Assembly: GCA_963707985.1 (NCBI GenBank)
Contig: CAVPRW010000028.1
Span: 20,135-84,134, forward strand
DNA from: an uncultured Nitrospinota bacterium
GTDB lineage: Bacteria; Tectomicrobia; Entotheonellia; J063; CAVPRW01
Direction of reading: 5' to 3'
Length of the DNA stretch: 64,000 nucleotides
Each line of letters opens with the position of its first letter. Within the stretch, counting starts at the first letter, position 1. The position numbers and the translations under genes are program-made. This document shows, in pieces, positions 63,509-64,000 of this stretch. The notes below the pieces were generated by a model that worked only from the letters and a program-made list of their open reading frames with translations, was not told where the DNA came from and ran no database searches.

Positions 63509-64000
63509 TTGAAATCTGGTCGGTGGCGGGACGGAATGACGGTGGCCGGGTTGGCGCTTGCCGCCAGCCTGTACGCCTGGTGCGGGGTGGCCTCGGCAGC
63601 GGGGGAGGGCTCCAAGGGCGCCGGCTCCACGTACGGCCCCATTGAGGATGAGCTGGATGTCAACAACCCTCCCATCCCCGAGCACGTCGGGCCGAGGCTC
63701 TTGCGCGACAACATCCCGGGTGTCGCGGACCAGATGCGGAGGTGGCCGAGCTTCTTCGGCGACCTCGCGCTGGACCTGCACTTGCGGAGTTACTACTTCA
63801 ATCGGGAGCTCCCCATCCGGCCCCGCCCACCCAGCGGCCCCGACGACTTTACCCAGGAGGCCTGGGCCCTGGGTGGCTGGCTCGATTTCCAATCCGGCTG
63901 GCTCCTCGACACCTTCCGGGTGGGCGCCACCGGCTACACTTCGCAGCCGGCGTATGCCCCGTCTGACCGCGACGGTACCGGGCTCCTGGGACCTGGCCAG
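63509..64000 (+). CDS. OprD-family outer-membrane porin (partial, runs off the window)
   Basis: Signal peptide; LHLRSYYFNR; EAWALGGWLDFQSGW; GATGYTSQP; DGTGLL. Confidence 0.7.
   Translation, partial: MKSGRWRDGMTVAGLALAASLYAWCGVASAAGEGSKGAGSTYGPIEDELDVNNPPIPEHVGPRLLRDNIPGVADQMRRWPSFFGDLALDLHLRSYYFNRELPIRPRPPSGPDDFTQEAWALGGWLDFQSGWLLDTFRVGATGYTSQPAYAPSDRDGTGLLGPGQ

Noticed and set aside
1..64000. tRNA or rRNA genes
   Set aside because: None recognised by eye; tRNAscan-SE and barrnap were not run

Overview
GC-rich bacterial genomic window. The IS and attC styles are reminiscent of Ca. Tectomicrobia/Entotheonella-like genomes, but taxonomy is not provable from the sequence. It has four parts. 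(1) 1-16.5 kb: a partly decayed surface-polysaccharide locus (glycosyltransferases, Wzm/Wzt ABC exporter, methyltransferases, GT32-FkbM fusion) interrupted by IS remnants. (2) 16.7-24 kb: miscellaneous genes. (3) 24.5-49 kb: a defence/mobile island. It holds a candidate undescribed defence system (unknown protein, two tandem DUF2791/BrxD-like ATPases, an orphan histidine kinase, and a ~2000-aa Lhr-type SF2 helicase / Fe-S PD-(D/E)XK nuclease / SF1 helicase fusion) and five toxin-antitoxin modules. It also holds a Tn402/Tn5053-family transposon (36290-42754) carrying a non-IntI tyrosine recombinase, two attC-terminated cassette-like genes (CopD-like and copper nitrite reductase nirK), and a group IIC intron remnant inserted at the second attC. 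(4) 47-64 kb: housekeeping and transport genes (amidohydrolase, acyl-CoA dehydrogenase, ychF, nucleoside transporter, potBCD, crcB, glutaminase, SLC13, AbgT, OprD-like porin). Many genes carry single-base frameshifts, which may be assembly errors.
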